Source of the DNA: Gracilinanus agilis
Taxonomy: Eukaryota
Assembly: GCF_016433145.1 (NCBI RefSeq)
Contig: NC_058130.1
Location: 492,717,817-492,781,816 of the forward strand
Length of the DNA stretch: 64,000 nucleotides
Direction of reading: 5' to 3'
Below, piece by piece: positions 38,455-51,689 of the stretch. The stretch's first letter is position 1; the number at the start of each line of letters is the position of its first letter. The notes under the pieces are model-generated. The model was given only the letters and a program-made list of their open reading frames with translations. It ran no database searches and was not told the DNA's origin. Both the position numbers and the translations under genes were made by a program.

Positions 38455-38683
38455 TAATTTTTTTTTTTATTATCATTAAAAAAATTTTAAACCCTTACCT
38501 TTCATCTTAGAATCAATACTATGTATTGGTTCCAAGGCAGAAAAGTGGTAAGGGCTAGGCAATGGGGCTTAAGTGACTTGCCCAAGGTCACACAGCTAGG
38601 AAGTATCTGAGTTCAGATATGAAACCAGGACCTCCCATCTCTAGACCTGGCTCCCAATCCACTGAGCTACCCAGCTGTCCTCC
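38455..38683 (-). mobile_element. SINE1_Mdo with compound tail
   Basis: Full SINE; TSD aagata(g/g)(g/a)tactt at 38442-38454 and 38684-38696 (12/13 match). Confidence 0.87.
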
Positions 38684-38943
38684 AAGATAGATACTTAACT
38701 TTGTCTTAGTAACAACTCTAAGACAGACAAGCACTGGGGATAAGTGGACTTGCCCATGGTCCCACAGCTGAGAAGAGTGTGAGGCAATAAGTAATTGCTA
38801 TTATTTCCTTTATAATTTGTAACTTTCCAATATCACTAGAATTCATGAATGGCAAAGCTGGGATTTGAATCCTCCAGGTTCTCTGATTCCAAATCCAATG
38901 CTCTTTCTATTATACCATGATGTCTCTCATTTGTTTTATTGGA

Positions 38944-38948
<5 letters not shown>

Positions 38949-38997
<49 letters not shown>

Positions 38998-39030
38998 CCC
39001 CCCTTTTCTTCCTTCCTTCCCTCCCTCCCT
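38949..39030. repeat. (CT)n plus (CCTT/CCCT)n polypyrimidine microsatellite
   Basis: Read directly. Confidence 0.95.
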
Positions 39031-41025
39031 CAAAGCACAGTCTACTTTCTGAATCTTTTGTCCAGTTCACTTATTGATGAGGGGGGAAAATGCCTCTTTC
39101 TTCTTTACCTTTTCCTTCTCACCTGTGCTTGCAGGTAGGCCTCCCTTCTTCAATATAAAACAAACTTAGATGACGACCAAAGGTGAGGAAACTGAACCTG
39201 AGAAAAGTTCAATGAGCTTTATATACTGGCAAAATTTGAGCCTACATCTTTCTGACTCAAGTCTAGCAGTCTATCTACTATGTCTTATTGCTTCTCCTAT
39301 ATTATTATCAAGCTAGTTGTTTTCTCAGTAGCATTTGAATCCACAATGCCAGGTTCATTATAATTCTGAGACCTTGTGTTTTAAGACTCATTCTCCTGTT
39401 CCTGTGTGTTAAACTTTTACAATGTGGGTCCCATCTACAACCTCTGCATTGAAGAGGTGTAGCTAGAGAGCCTACCATTTCACACAATGAAGGCTTGTAT
39501 GTCTTTTGCTCAAGGATCACCCAAATCAAGATAACAGAAATTTATTGGTAAATTGGCCAGAGTGATGAATTTTTTTTTGGTCATAGCAACTGTTCTCTAA
39601 GAAGGAATTCAGAGGTTGTAAATTTAATAATAGAGGAAACACCCATATCAAAAATGTTTGAAGTTTTGAAATATCTACATAACAGGGAAGCCCCAATAGA
39701 TTTGATTTGGTGGACAGGTAAGGGACAGAAGGGAGAGAACCAGCATTTATTAAAGCACCTACTATGTGCCAAGTACTATGTGAAGTGCTTTACAAATGTC
39801 TCATTTGATCCTCCAACCCTCTGAGGCAGGTGCAATTATTATTATCCTCATTTTACACATAAGGAAAGAGAGGTAAAGAAAAGTTTAAGTGATTTACCCA
39901 GGGTTACGGGAAAGCTGAATTTGTATTCAAGCAAAGAATCAATATAGGCAGTAATGAAACGTATCAGGCAAACTGGTCAGTGAAGGTTTTTCAGGGTGGT
40001 CTGTTCATAGTCAATTTCCTTGATATTGGACATACTACTAAACCAACTTTTGCCTTTGCTTCCTGTTCTCCTTCCTCATTAGAGGATATTCTAAAACCCA
40101 GTAGAATCAAAATAGAGAATCTCAGGCAAAGATAATTTAGAAATGTTTAAAGGTAATTTTGTGAATTTAGAAAACATGGAAAAATAGATGATCGTTTGTT
40201 ATTTGTATTTGAAGATGGCATAGATGTTTCAGCTCATCAGTAGGAGTTCAAACAACTTAAAAATGACCACTTTTTTCCATCTTGAAGAGTTCAATGACAT
40301 TTCAAAGCTGCCAAAAAGTTAGTATTGTAAAAATTTGTAAGCAGTAGGAGAATGAAAAATGTATAGAAAAGTCAGAAAAATAAGTTCAGAAAAAGAAAAT
40401 GTACATGAAGGTAGAGGATGCATAGGAAAATAATACTTTAAAACCAAAAAAGAAAAAAAAAACTTGACATTAAAGAGAAATTTACTTGGCATGAAGAATA
40501 TTCATGTACCATGTAAGAGGATAATGGTGAGTGAATTTTATAGCAGAATTGTTCTTAAAATGTAATTAGGTAAGTAATTAAGTAATAGTGTGAAAGAACA
40601 ATGAATCTGGAACCAAAAGATTCATTCTGTACCCGTACATCTAATTCAGTTCCTTCATCGGAGTTAAGCAAAATTGTCTACAACTTTTGCATTTATATCT
40701 AGCATACCACACAATTACAGTGATAGCTCTGTGTTACAGCAAAATCCTGACTTCTTAGAGAAAGATTTGCTTGTGTAGAACAGTGTACCTATACATTTTT
40801 AGGAATAGGATTGAAACAAAAAGGGGATTTTATGGTAAACTTAACTAGGTTTTTATAGCTAGATCAACTAGATCAACCTTCAATGAGGGTATTATGTATT
40901 GGGCATTGTGCCCCCTAGGTGCTGTACACATTTTACACAGTGAACTATATTTTTGTCTCTCAAAAAAAAGAATTTCTAAGGTGATACAAAAAATAACAAA
41001 GGAATATTGAAATGTAAATGGAGGT

Positions 41026-41328
41026 GGGTTTTTTTTTGTTTGTTTTTTAAACCCTTACCTTCTGTCTTAGAATTAATACTGTGTATCCATTCTCAGGCAG
41101 AAGAGTAAAAGTGGGACACTATCCTCTTTTTTTTTAAACCCTTACCTTCCGTAATAATAATAATACTGTGTATTGGCTCCAAGGCAGAAGAGTGGTAAGG
41201 GTAGGCAATAGGGGTCAAGTGACTTGCCCAGGGTCACACAGCTAGGAAATATCTGAGGTCATATTTGAACCCAGGACTTGCCATTTCTGGGCCTGGCTCT
41301 CAAGCCACTGAGCCACCCAGCTGCCCCC
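41026..41328 (-). mobile_element. Composite SINE1_Mdo (full copy plus a second SINE 3' end) under one TSD
   Basis: 11-bp TSD taaatggaggt at 41015-41025 and 41329-41339; two aaacccttacctt tails. Confidence 0.85.
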
Positions 41329-43005
41329 TAAATGGAGGTTTTAAACATCATGTTTGAAATATCTTTGAACAGAAGCATTTAAACATGAGTGGGATAGTGT
41401 ACACACTAGAGAAGAGATATAGGAGAAAAAGGGACTAGCTTTAAATGTTAGTTATGTCAGTTTACTATCTTTATTTTAATTTACTATCTTTATTATTATA
41501 GACAAGACCTTAAACCTTCTGGCCTTAGTTTCTTCTACTATAAAATAAAGTTATTGAATTTGATGATCTCTGTGATCTCCTCTAGTTCTAAACCTATGAG
41601 ACAATGAAATTACAGTGAATTTTGATTAGAATTTATCGATAATTAGAGAGATGCTACCTTATTAAAATGTTAGCAAAGAACGTTCTTTATTCATTTACAA
41701 AACTAGAAATGCAAAACCATACATAATACACTTTAGCTAACATTAGGCAATTGGCTATGGAATGAAAAGGCTGTTGTTGACTTAGAGAAGATAGCATTTA
41801 AGTCACCCAAATTTTTTAAAGATCTTTAATATTTTTAGTAATTTAGCAAAAGCAGTATGTGAATTTTTAAATATTAAAAAAAAAAACTAGCTCCCTGTGG
41901 TATGACCGTATAGACCTTCAGAGATGACTATTTGATTCTTTATTGCTACATTAAGTAGGACACTAACTTTATAGGGTTTTCCACTAGTAATGATGGATTT
42001 TTATTGATCCATCCTATTTTACCCATGGTCCCAGTTGTTACCAATAGCAACAGCTGCAAGTTGACTGATAATTATAATGCTTTTATATGTCCTTGGATAG
42101 GAATAGAATAATGCTAATCCATTCATATATAAGTTGAAAATTCACCTTCATCCATATGAACTACATATTCCAAAAAGTAAACCAATCCAGGGGGAATCTA
42201 AAAATTCTGAGCACCAGTCCACATTATGATTTTACTTTGAACTGTTCAGATCATAATTTCCTTATCCAGAGCTGCCATGTCCAATAACTGAATTTCAGTA
42301 AGTGAGGTCCTTGAAGGCTTAAAAAGAATTGTGGTCTCTACTTGGGTTAAAGAAGCACTTGAGTCATAAACTCCTGTGCATCAATTTGTCTGCTTTCCCC
42401 ATGTCCATGCAAGCTCTCCAGCACACTTCATCATTTTTCCAGTTTCAGTTGTTCTCTCCTTCATTCTGTCTCCGTTCTATTTGCTCACTTAGCAAGTTGC
42501 TACAGTTTGCCATTAACTGCTTAGCTCCAATTTTTGGTAAGACATGCTCCCCAGACCCTGAAATTCAGCCCCCCAGGGGTAAGCATCTAGTCCCAGGATC
42601 ACTAGACTGGTTGTAATTATTGGCATCTTTGCATCTAAATATCTGGTCAAGTTGCCACCAGTAGCAGTCATAGTGATAAAAGAGCTGAGTCTTTTTCTCC
42701 TTCCCTGTTTATACCTATATGTAGGCTTTCAAGAAAACAGGCAGTAATGAAGTCCCTGGGAAAGAATATAAATACTGATGAGGAAGAAGTCACTGTCTAG
42801 GCTGAATGGAGGCATTGGAATGGCAAAACCTATTCTGGGAAGGGATAACATGAGTGCACTAGGGGATAAGCCACCAAAAAAGAAATTGGAATGCACTTGA
42901 AAAGAATGATGAAAGAACAGAGATGAAAATTTATGGCCCCCTTGCAATTCTAATGTCTTAATAACTACCTCAAATAGGTTTTGACATAAATACTTATAAA
43001 TTCTT

Positions 43006-43190
43006 TTTTCTTTTAAACTCTTAACTTCTGTGTATTGGCTCCTAGGTGGAAGATTGGTAAGGGTGGGCAGTGGGAGTCAAGTGATTTGCCCAGGGTCACA
43101 TAGCTGGGAAGTGTCTGAGGCCAGATTTGAACCTAGGACCTCCCGTCTCTAGGCCTGACTCTCAATCCACTGAGCTACCCAGCTGCCCCC
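43006..43190 (-). mobile_element. SINE1_Mdo
   Basis: Full length; 8-bp TSD aaattctt at 42998-43005 and 43193-43200. Confidence 0.9.
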
Positions 43191-43430
43191 TGAAATTCTT
43201 GAATAAGAGATGGAAACTATGGATAAATTTCTTCTGGGTCATAGAATCAGAGAATTACAGAGTTAGGTGGAATTTTCATTACCTTCTAGCCCATCCCATA
43301 CCTAAATAAGAATTCCTTTTTCCATCATAACTTTTTTTAGTTTTGCTTCTTCATCTATCTGGTTTGATGCTGTTGACCTCTTGGTCTCCTTGGTTCTCAT
43401 GTCATGACTCCTTCCTAGTTCTCATTTACC

Positions 43431-43822
43431 TTTTTTTTCCATTTAAAATTTTTGTTTTATTTTTATTTTCCCATGTTTACATGATTCATTTTCTTTCCCT
43501 CCTTTCTTCCCTCCCCAATCCCAGAGCTGAAAAGCAATACCACTGGATTGTACAAATGTTATCATTTGATACCTATTTCCACATTATTCATTTTTACCAT
43601 AGAAGAATCTTTTAAAGCCAAAATCCCAAAACATATACTTATACAAATTATAAACATTGTCATAAGTTTTTCTTTTGCAATTCTATTCTCATAATTCTTT
43701 CTCTCAATGTGGATAGTATTCCCTCAGGAATGTCCTGGATTATTGTATGACTAGTAGTAAAGTCCATTACATTGGATAGTTCCATAATGTTTCACTTTCA
43801 GGGTACAGTATTCTCTTGGTTC
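43431..43822 (-). mobile_element. 5'-truncated L1 3'UTR
   Basis: cccatgtttacatgattcattttc..aaagccaaaatcccaaa.. Confidence 0.78.
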
Positions 43823-43959
43823 TCTCATTTGCCTTATAACCTGGGTGATTTTGGACAGGTTACTTATATTCTCTGGGCCTCAGTTTCATCATCCATAAAA
43901 CCAGGGAGTTAGACTAGATAAGTCTGTGATCCTATCTAGCTCTAAATCGATGATTCTTC

Positions 43960-45600
43960 TACCTGCCTGCCCATTTTTCATCTGTCTCCTTTGCTCGATC
44001 GTCATCCTTGTGTCATCCCCTAGGATGGACACTAGGGCTTTATCCTGGACTAACATTCTAACAACTCTTAAAAAGTTTCTGCTGTCATCTACATTGTTAC
44101 CTCCCAGATCTATATATCTATTTCTAGGTTCTCTTCTCCACTCTTATCAGGCATCACCAAACTGTGATGGACATTTTGGGTTGTTTAGTATCAATTCTAA
44201 GACAAAAAAAGAGGCAAAGACTAGGCAGTTGGCATTAAGTGACTTGCCCACACTCACACAGTTAGGGAAGTACCCGAAGCCTGATTTGAACCCAGGTCCT
44301 GACACCAAGCCAGAACTCTATTCACTGTACTACCTAGCTGCCCCTGTGATGAGCACATTGGAGTTTGAAATTGGACATTTCCAACTGGATGTCCTGTGGG
44401 CATTTTAAAATCAACATGTTTAAAACCAGACTCATTTCTCCCCGCAGTCCTCTCAAATCCTCTATCTTCCCAACTTTCTTATTTCTGTTGAGAAATAAGA
44501 AATTTATAACTGCAAAGTATTCCTACACTCTTCCCTAGCCCTCACTTCACTGTCCCTCCAATCAGTTGCCAAGTCTTGTTGATCCTAATTCATCAACATA
44601 TAATCTTTCTCATGTCTCTTCTATTGTTTTTACTCAGACAGGCAGAATCACAGGTAAGACCCTCATCATCTTTTCCATGGACTATGCAATAGTCTCCTAA
44701 TTTGTCTCCCTGCCTCCATTTCCCCCCTTTCTAATTCATCCTCCACACACTAGCCAGATTGATTTTCCTAAAACATGAATCTTGAGTATATTACTTCCCC
44801 TCCCCCTTAAGAAATTCCATTGGCTTCTATTGAAAAAGGAGCCTTTCCCAGTCATACTTATTCTTAGTGAGTGCTTCTGCTCCAAAATTATCTCCAACTT
44901 ATCCTGTACATAGCTTATTTATCCATAGTTATTTGCAAGTTGTCACCCTCATTAGGCTGTGCACATGAGAGGTGGAATAAGGGTTTTGTCTGTTTAGTTT
45001 GGGGTTTTGTTGCTTTTCTTTTCGTGCCTGGCATTTAGCACAGTGCCTGGCACATAGTAAGCTCATGCTTGTTGATTGACTAGGATAATATACAAACTGC
45101 ACTATTTGACATTTTTATTTGCCATTCATAGTGTTAAACCCTTTCAAATGCCAGCCTATCTTTCTAGATTGATTATTCACAGTTCTCTTCTTTATATACC
45201 AACCAAAAAAGCCTACTTGCTGCCTTATCTTCTTACCTTTACTTAGGCTGTTCCTCATGCCTGGAACATATTCCCTCTACTTAAGCCTGGAACATAATCC
45301 TTCCACACTTCCTTCCATTATGCTTGGAACATATTCTCCCCACACTTGCCCTTGTAAAAGCCCTAGTTTCCTTCAAGGTTTAATTCAAGTATCACTTTCT
45401 ACATCAGGATTATCCTGATGCCTGTAACTTAGAAACCTTACAAGAGAAATTTATTATTTTGTATAGATTTTGTATGTACTGACCTGTGTATATGTTATTT
45501 CCCACAAATAGAATGTAGGTACCTTTGAGGCATAGGCTATTTCATTTTTGAATAAAAATTGTGTCCTAAGCACCAGGACATCACCTGACTTCTTATTAAA
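43960..45600 (+). mobile_element. Two L2 relics in tandem with a degenerate SINE at about 44170-44343 (minus strand)
   Basis: ggactatgcaatagtctcctaatttgtctccctgcc..ggcatttagcacagtgcctggcacatagtaag; second tail agaatgtaggtacctttgagg. Confidence 0.6.
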
Positions 45601-45975
45601 ACGCCTTTCAATGAGTAATGATAGGTAGTCATTTAGCCTTTGACTTACTCAGTGTAAGGAGCAACACATTACCTTCTAAGTTAACTCCTTCCATTTCTAC
45701 CTTCCTTTGCACAAAACCATTGAAAGTTAAAATAATCTTTTTACCAAGTTTACCAAGAAAGACCTAAACAGCTGACCCACAATCTTTCTTTACATGCCCT
45801 ATTTTTACTTTTACTTAACAGGACTAGAGAAGTTGTGGGAATACAAGGATGGGTCTATGAGTGTTTGGGATAATGTTAAATGTTCCTTTTCATGGGATTA
45901 CAAAGGATTTGTTTATTCTAAGTGAGTTACTAAGATGGCACCTTTGCTGAACCCTGACTTTTGTACCCTGCTTAG

Positions 45976-46094
45976 GACTGCACATGCAAGAGCTAAAGCG
46001 GATGCTGCTGATCAGGCTGCCCTTTCTGCCCGCCAAGAATGTGACATTGCCAGGGCTGTTGCAAGAGAGCTTTCACCAAATTTCTATCAACCAG
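45976..46094 (+). CDS. JPH1: JPH1 coding exon (exon 3 by homology), 119 nt, C-terminal part of the alpha-helical domain
   Basis: Acceptor ..gtaccctgcttAG (45974-75), donor CCAG|GTAAAA (46095); translates (R)[39 protein letters not shown](G), recalled as near-identical to mammalian JPH1; phase 2 in, phase 1 out. Confidence 0.96.
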
Positions 46095-49000
46095 GTAAAA
46101 GCCATTTGTTCTCCTTTCATGAAGTGTGGGAAAAGGACATTGGCCTTTCAGTTGATTTGATTTAATTTTACTTTCCATGGAGAGTGTTCTTTGTTAAACT
46201 AAACATTCTTGCCTTTTGAATGCTTACAATAACACAAAACAAGCTAGAGAGAACAGGAATAGAGTTGTCTAAGTACTGACTTAGGGGATTTGGGATTTCT
46301 TTCCATTGTGGTTTTTTTGGTTTGTTTCTTTGTTTTTGCCTTGGCAACAAATAACCCACAATCTTTGATACTAAGTAATTCAAACAGGTAAGGGACCAGA
46401 ACCTAAAAGAGACTAGGATGATTATGATCATAAATCGACACTAAATGTCTATCAAAATTATATCAGTAACAATAATAGCAGCTAGCATCTATATAATGCT
46501 TTAAAGCTTGCAAAGTGCCTTACAAATAGAATATCATTTAATCTTTACAGTAGCTCTGGGAAACAGGTACTATTAATTATCTTCACTTTATAAATGAGGA
46601 AACTGATGGTGAAAATATCCGAAATTGCACAGCGAGCAAGTGAGGCTGGATATGCATTGAAGTCTTCCTGATTCCAAAGGTCAACATTATAGCCCTGTGG
46701 ATTCTCCAGCTCTATGGAAAAAGCCAGGAAAATTTTTGTACCTGATATATTTGCTAATCTATTTGTAAGGCTGAACTACTTATCTGACTTTATAAGAAAA
46801 ATATCTTAGTCATAGTCACATTTATCTGTAGGCAGTACTTCAAATTTGATAGCACAATAAGTTAAAATACGTAAGAAGATAACACATAGCCTATTCTGAT
46901 AAAGATTTTCTAGTCTGAAATGTGTTTTCATCTCTATAGCATAATTCTCTTTAGTTTTTCCTATGTTAAATAAAACAAACCCCCTAGCTTTTCCTATTTG
47001 TTTACATAAAGCTGCTTTTGCCCATTGTCATAAACTTCAGCAGATGTATAGGTAAGAGGATATATTAAGTCAAACTTAAAATTCTCCTAACTTAACATTA
47101 AAAAGGAGGAAGGGATGAGGTTCTGAGGAAACTTTTGAATAGTGTTAGTTCACAAAGATTTTCTGAACTAAAAGGTCTGCTTTTTATGCATTTTGCTTGA
47201 TAGGATCCAATATCAGCTACTGAAGTACCTGGTTCAATCTAGTACAACTTCAGCAAATGTTTATGGTTGGTGATCATAGTGAAATATTTTTAATTTTTTT
47301 GCTCTGAATTTAAATACCTATAAAATAAGCATTTCTTGATACATAGTAGAACCAAAAAAGATATTTGTCCCTTAAATACTTAAGTCTCTTATAACTTGCT
47401 TTTCTTTTTAAATAAGTGTAACTTATAGCTTTCAAATCTGTACTGCTTGTTTGTGTTGTGTACTTTGTTTTCTTCTTTTAATTTTTAAAGACATCCCTCA
47501 ATCACTTTTTTTCCTTCTTTTTATTTTGTTTTACTACCATGTCCCTATAAAAGTACAAATTTAGAACACAGAAGATGTAACCAATGGGACCAAAACAAGG
47601 AAGACAAACAAACCATGGTAGACATAATGGAAGGATCAAGCCTAAAAGTGAGAGGGATGGCTTTTGTAAGGATTGAATAGATGTAAGGTGAATACCTCTG
47701 GGTGTTCTCAATTTGCCCACAAAGAAAATAGGAAATGAAAGACTGCTAGAGAAGACTAGTCTTTGCTAAGAGAAAGAGTAGTTAGGGTGAAGACCACAGG
47801 AGATGGATATGAAAGCTATACTGTTAGTATACAATGACTTTCCTCTAGTGTCTACAGTTTAGGATTCAATCAGTGATAGAGGTATTGTTTTCCACCTGTA
47901 TTCTTTTTTTATTCTTTTTACTTCTTATGGAGAATGTAGATTAGTCTATCTATTAAACCTAAAATTTTCTTTGCTTTTTTTTTTAACACAACCTCTCATA
48001 AACCATGTTTATACATTTAAAATAAATAAAAACCCATGAATTCTTCTACAGTATCAGAACCTAGCCATCACACTACTTGACCCAGCACACCTAATGGAAT
48101 CTGGACCTTCTGAAGGAGTTTTACTTTCCCCAGTGATTCTTCTATTCCTTCCTTCCAGGCTTGGCTCAACAAAGGAACAGGCCATTGTAGAGAATCTCTT
48201 CAACTGTAAAACAATGCATCTTTGCAAAAACAGCCCTGGTTTGTGTCACATTTGAAAGGAAACAAACTTACTATTGTTGACCCTTGATGGTAATTTACCA
48301 TTTCTGTTTTTACAGTCTATTGGTGCATGATGTCCCTATAGATTTCCCCTAGGTGCTACTAAGAAGTAAATGATATGTAGGGTCATCTCAGTTTCTCTGA
48401 CTAGACAGTTTTAAAAGGTCCTTTATGGTGCAAAAAGTGTTTGGGAAAAAAATATTGTGGGAAAATGTAATTCCACCCTTTTCTTAGCTGAAACAGCCAA
48501 CTATAAGTAAGCTGTCCTTCTTGTAATGAATACATCACAGAAGCATGAAAAGACAACAGGGCTATTTAAGAGAAGAAGGGTGGAGACCACAATCCCATTT
48601 GACACAGAGCCAACTCTTCTTTCAAACAACTATATAGAAGGCTTTTCGATTGCTGAGGTATTATTGATGTCCCTGAGGGAATAGCTCATGCTTTCTACCC
48701 TTCATTTACAGGACATTTTCTAAAGGCTCTTTGAATGGTTATTTCTAAGTTACATTGCTGAACTAATTTACATATTTCAAATGTAAAGCTCTCAGTTATT
48801 TCAAGTAGGTATTATTTTTAGTAGAAAAATTGTTAACTTTGGTCAGAGGAAAGGAGGGACTTCACTCATAGCTTATTTTTATCTTTAACTAGTTTCAAAA
48901 TTAGAATAAGTAAATTCTTCTTTATTCGTACTATTTTTTTCATTTTCTTTTGTCTGAACACATTAGTTTTACCTAGGTACACAATTGGATGACTGTGTTT

Positions 49001-49572
49001 TGCTCTGGGAGAATAGTTGTTATAAGATCACAAAGAACACCATTGAACACACCCAATCCTATACCACTACTGTGTGTGTTAGTTATTTGTTGCAGAAATT
49101 GTCAGCATTTATATATTTATGTATATGTAAATTTTTTAAATTGGTGATGGCAGTTTAAAGGGAATAACTAAATTTATTCTGTTTCAGGAAAGGCTAAGGA
49201 AAGAGCACAATAGACACAGAGAGCACTTTACATATCCAATATTACATACCATTAGACAGTTGACACACACCAGCAAACTTAACACAAATTATGTCTGCTT
49301 ATGTATTATATGTTTGACATTGATGCTAAAGAACATAGGACAAAAAAGAATGCATGTCTCAGCAATATATATATATTACTATACTCGGTACTCAAATGCT
49401 GAAATGAACCTGTGTTCTCAAATGGATATTATCTCTTTAGTGTGCACTTCAATCATAGTCCATCCATTTCTGCCCATCTGGGGAGCCTCTTATCCATGTC
49501 TCCCCAATAAGTTTACCATGGTGGGGGGAGGTGTAGTGGGGATTAGCATGCTGAGGACTTTCCTCTACTCTT

Positions 49573-49735
49573 TTTTTTTTTTAAATAGATTATCATTTAT
49601 TTTTTTTTTTTTAAATTTTAAACCCTTAACTTCTGTGTATTGATTTATAGGTGGAAGAGTGGTAAGGGTAGGCAATGGGGGTCAAGTGACTTGCCCAGGG
49701 TCACACAGCTGGGAAGTTTCTGAGGCCGTATTTGA
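49573..49735 (-). mobile_element. 5'-truncated young SINE1_Mdo with double A-tail
   Basis: 12-bp TSD tcctctactctt at 49561-49572 and 49736-49747. Confidence 0.88.
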
Positions 49736-51551
49736 TCCTCTACTCTTGATGACATAAAGATTCACATATTTACTCAGCAAACATTTATTAAATACCTACT
49801 ATGTGTCAGGCACTGTGCTAAGCACTAGGGACACAAAGGCAGAAATGGTAGAATTGGTACTGTTAAGTTTATATTCTATTGGAAAATACTGCTGGAGCTT
49901 GCAGGTTGTCTTATCACTCACTCTCACCATGTGACTAGCCCTTCTTTTTCTGTCATATTCTTTGACAATACTTTGCTTCCCATCACCTTTGCAATTACTT
50001 GTTTTTAATATTTTGCAGTCTGTTCACACCCACCAGATACCTTTCTTTTATACTCCTAGAGATACTTATGAAATTTGGTACATTATATATTGAAGTTTAG
50101 TTTCACACTTTATCTAGTTAACCATTTTGTGCCTACAAGAGTGCTTTTTCATCTTCCTAGTTTATTAAAATAGAATTCATTTTAAATTATCTGCTATTTT
50201 TTTCTTCAATTCTAGGCAAGCAGGTGTATGTATATACACATGTATATATAACTGAGTTTTTATAAATTAAATTGAATGTTTTATATTCTTTCTACTTCAT
50301 AAGGGACTTGGAGCATCTTATAGGTTAAAGTAAGGTATGACAATGTAAGGAATGACATTTTAAAGAATAAACTGAACAGCGGTCATCTAGAGGATGTTAG
50401 AAATAAAGTGGTATTTTCAGGGACCTGAATTGGACTTATTGTTATAGCAATCATGCAGTGTATTTTGTTTTTAAGTTTTTCAACAGCTGAAGAAAAGAGG
50501 AAGCATCTTAGATGACAGAGTTTTGATTTTCTGACTAGAAAAACACATTCATCTCCAGTGCCAAAACTCTTCCCAGAACTAAACTCAAGTAGAAATTTGT
50601 CATGTTGGTGTAAATGATGCAAAAACATGGTTTGACCAAGAGAATATTATGCCAACTCTAGGTAAAGGCAAAGGGGATAAACATAACCAAATAGTTAAGT
50701 CCATTAATATGGAAACTATATCACTACAGATGAGGAAAAAATCCTTATTTTTCATCCCTTGCTGCTAACTTTAGAAAAATTCAAGAGCCAATTGTCAGTA
50801 GAGTTAAGCAATGTACATCCAGAAATCATAGACCTAGAGTAGGAAATGAACTCGGGGTTCATATTGTCCAACCCCACTTATTTTATAGATAAGGAAACCA
50901 AGGCCCAGTAATGTTAAAGTGACTAACTCAAAGTGTCCCAAGTTAATAAAGGGCAGGACTAGGATTTGAACTATGATCCAAAGAAAGTATTATACTTTAA
51001 ATGAAATGGAAAATATCAGACGTTCCATTCTGGCTTCTGTGTTAGAGGAGTGAAGGACTGGAGCCAAATAAAAAGTAGATGGAAATCATGGAAGAGACTT
51101 AGATAACTTTGGACTATAGAAGTATATCAGAGTTTGAATTTGGGAAGTGGAAGTTTGGAAAATATTGAGGAAAATTTGAAAAAATTTGAAGGAGATACTT
51201 TGAAGTTCCAGATACTAGTCCAAATTCTCCTTTCTTGTTGAAAGAAAAAAGAGAACAATTAAGGGGAATATAAGAGATTTAAGGAAGATAAAACTTGATT
51301 AGGGAGTAGAACCTGAAGAGATAGAGTCAAGAAGAACAAACAGAAAGTAGTCAGAAGAATAAGATAAGAAAGGACAAGTAGAAAAAAACAAGAGAGTGTG
51401 GTAAATTGATAGTGGTTTTGTGGGTGGGAAAAATTGGTGAAAAGACTGAGAGGTTGATGCAAGGCTATGAAAAAGGTCAGAATTGTGTAGACTAAGGAAA
51501 AGATGCTTAGTGGACTTGTATAAAAGTTTTAACTAGATGTTTATGATTGAG

Positions 51552-51609
51552 TTATAAATACAAGTAGTTTTTAAAAAGAATTATAAATACAAGTAGTTTT
51601 TAAAAAGAA
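51552..51609. repeat. Perfect 29-bp tandem duplication
   Basis: ttataaatacaagtagtttttaaaaagaa twice. Confidence 0.95.
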
Positions 51610-51689
51610 TAAAAATACCACTCATTAAGGAGTGAAGGGAAAGTCATGCAGTGACTTGCATGAAGTGTGCATTGCTTGTATTTCTGCCA

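Noticed and set aside
43926-44408. 160-aa ORF
   Set aside because: Runs through L2 and SINE relics; no domain
45259-45340. Three copies of gc(c/t)tggaacata(t/a)
   Set aside because: Irregular spacing, within an L2 relic; degenerate local duplication, not a CRISPR-like array
45935-46165. 76-aa ORF as a standalone gene
   Set aside because: Only 45976-46094 is the JPH1 exon; the flanks are intron read-through beyond clear AG/GT sites
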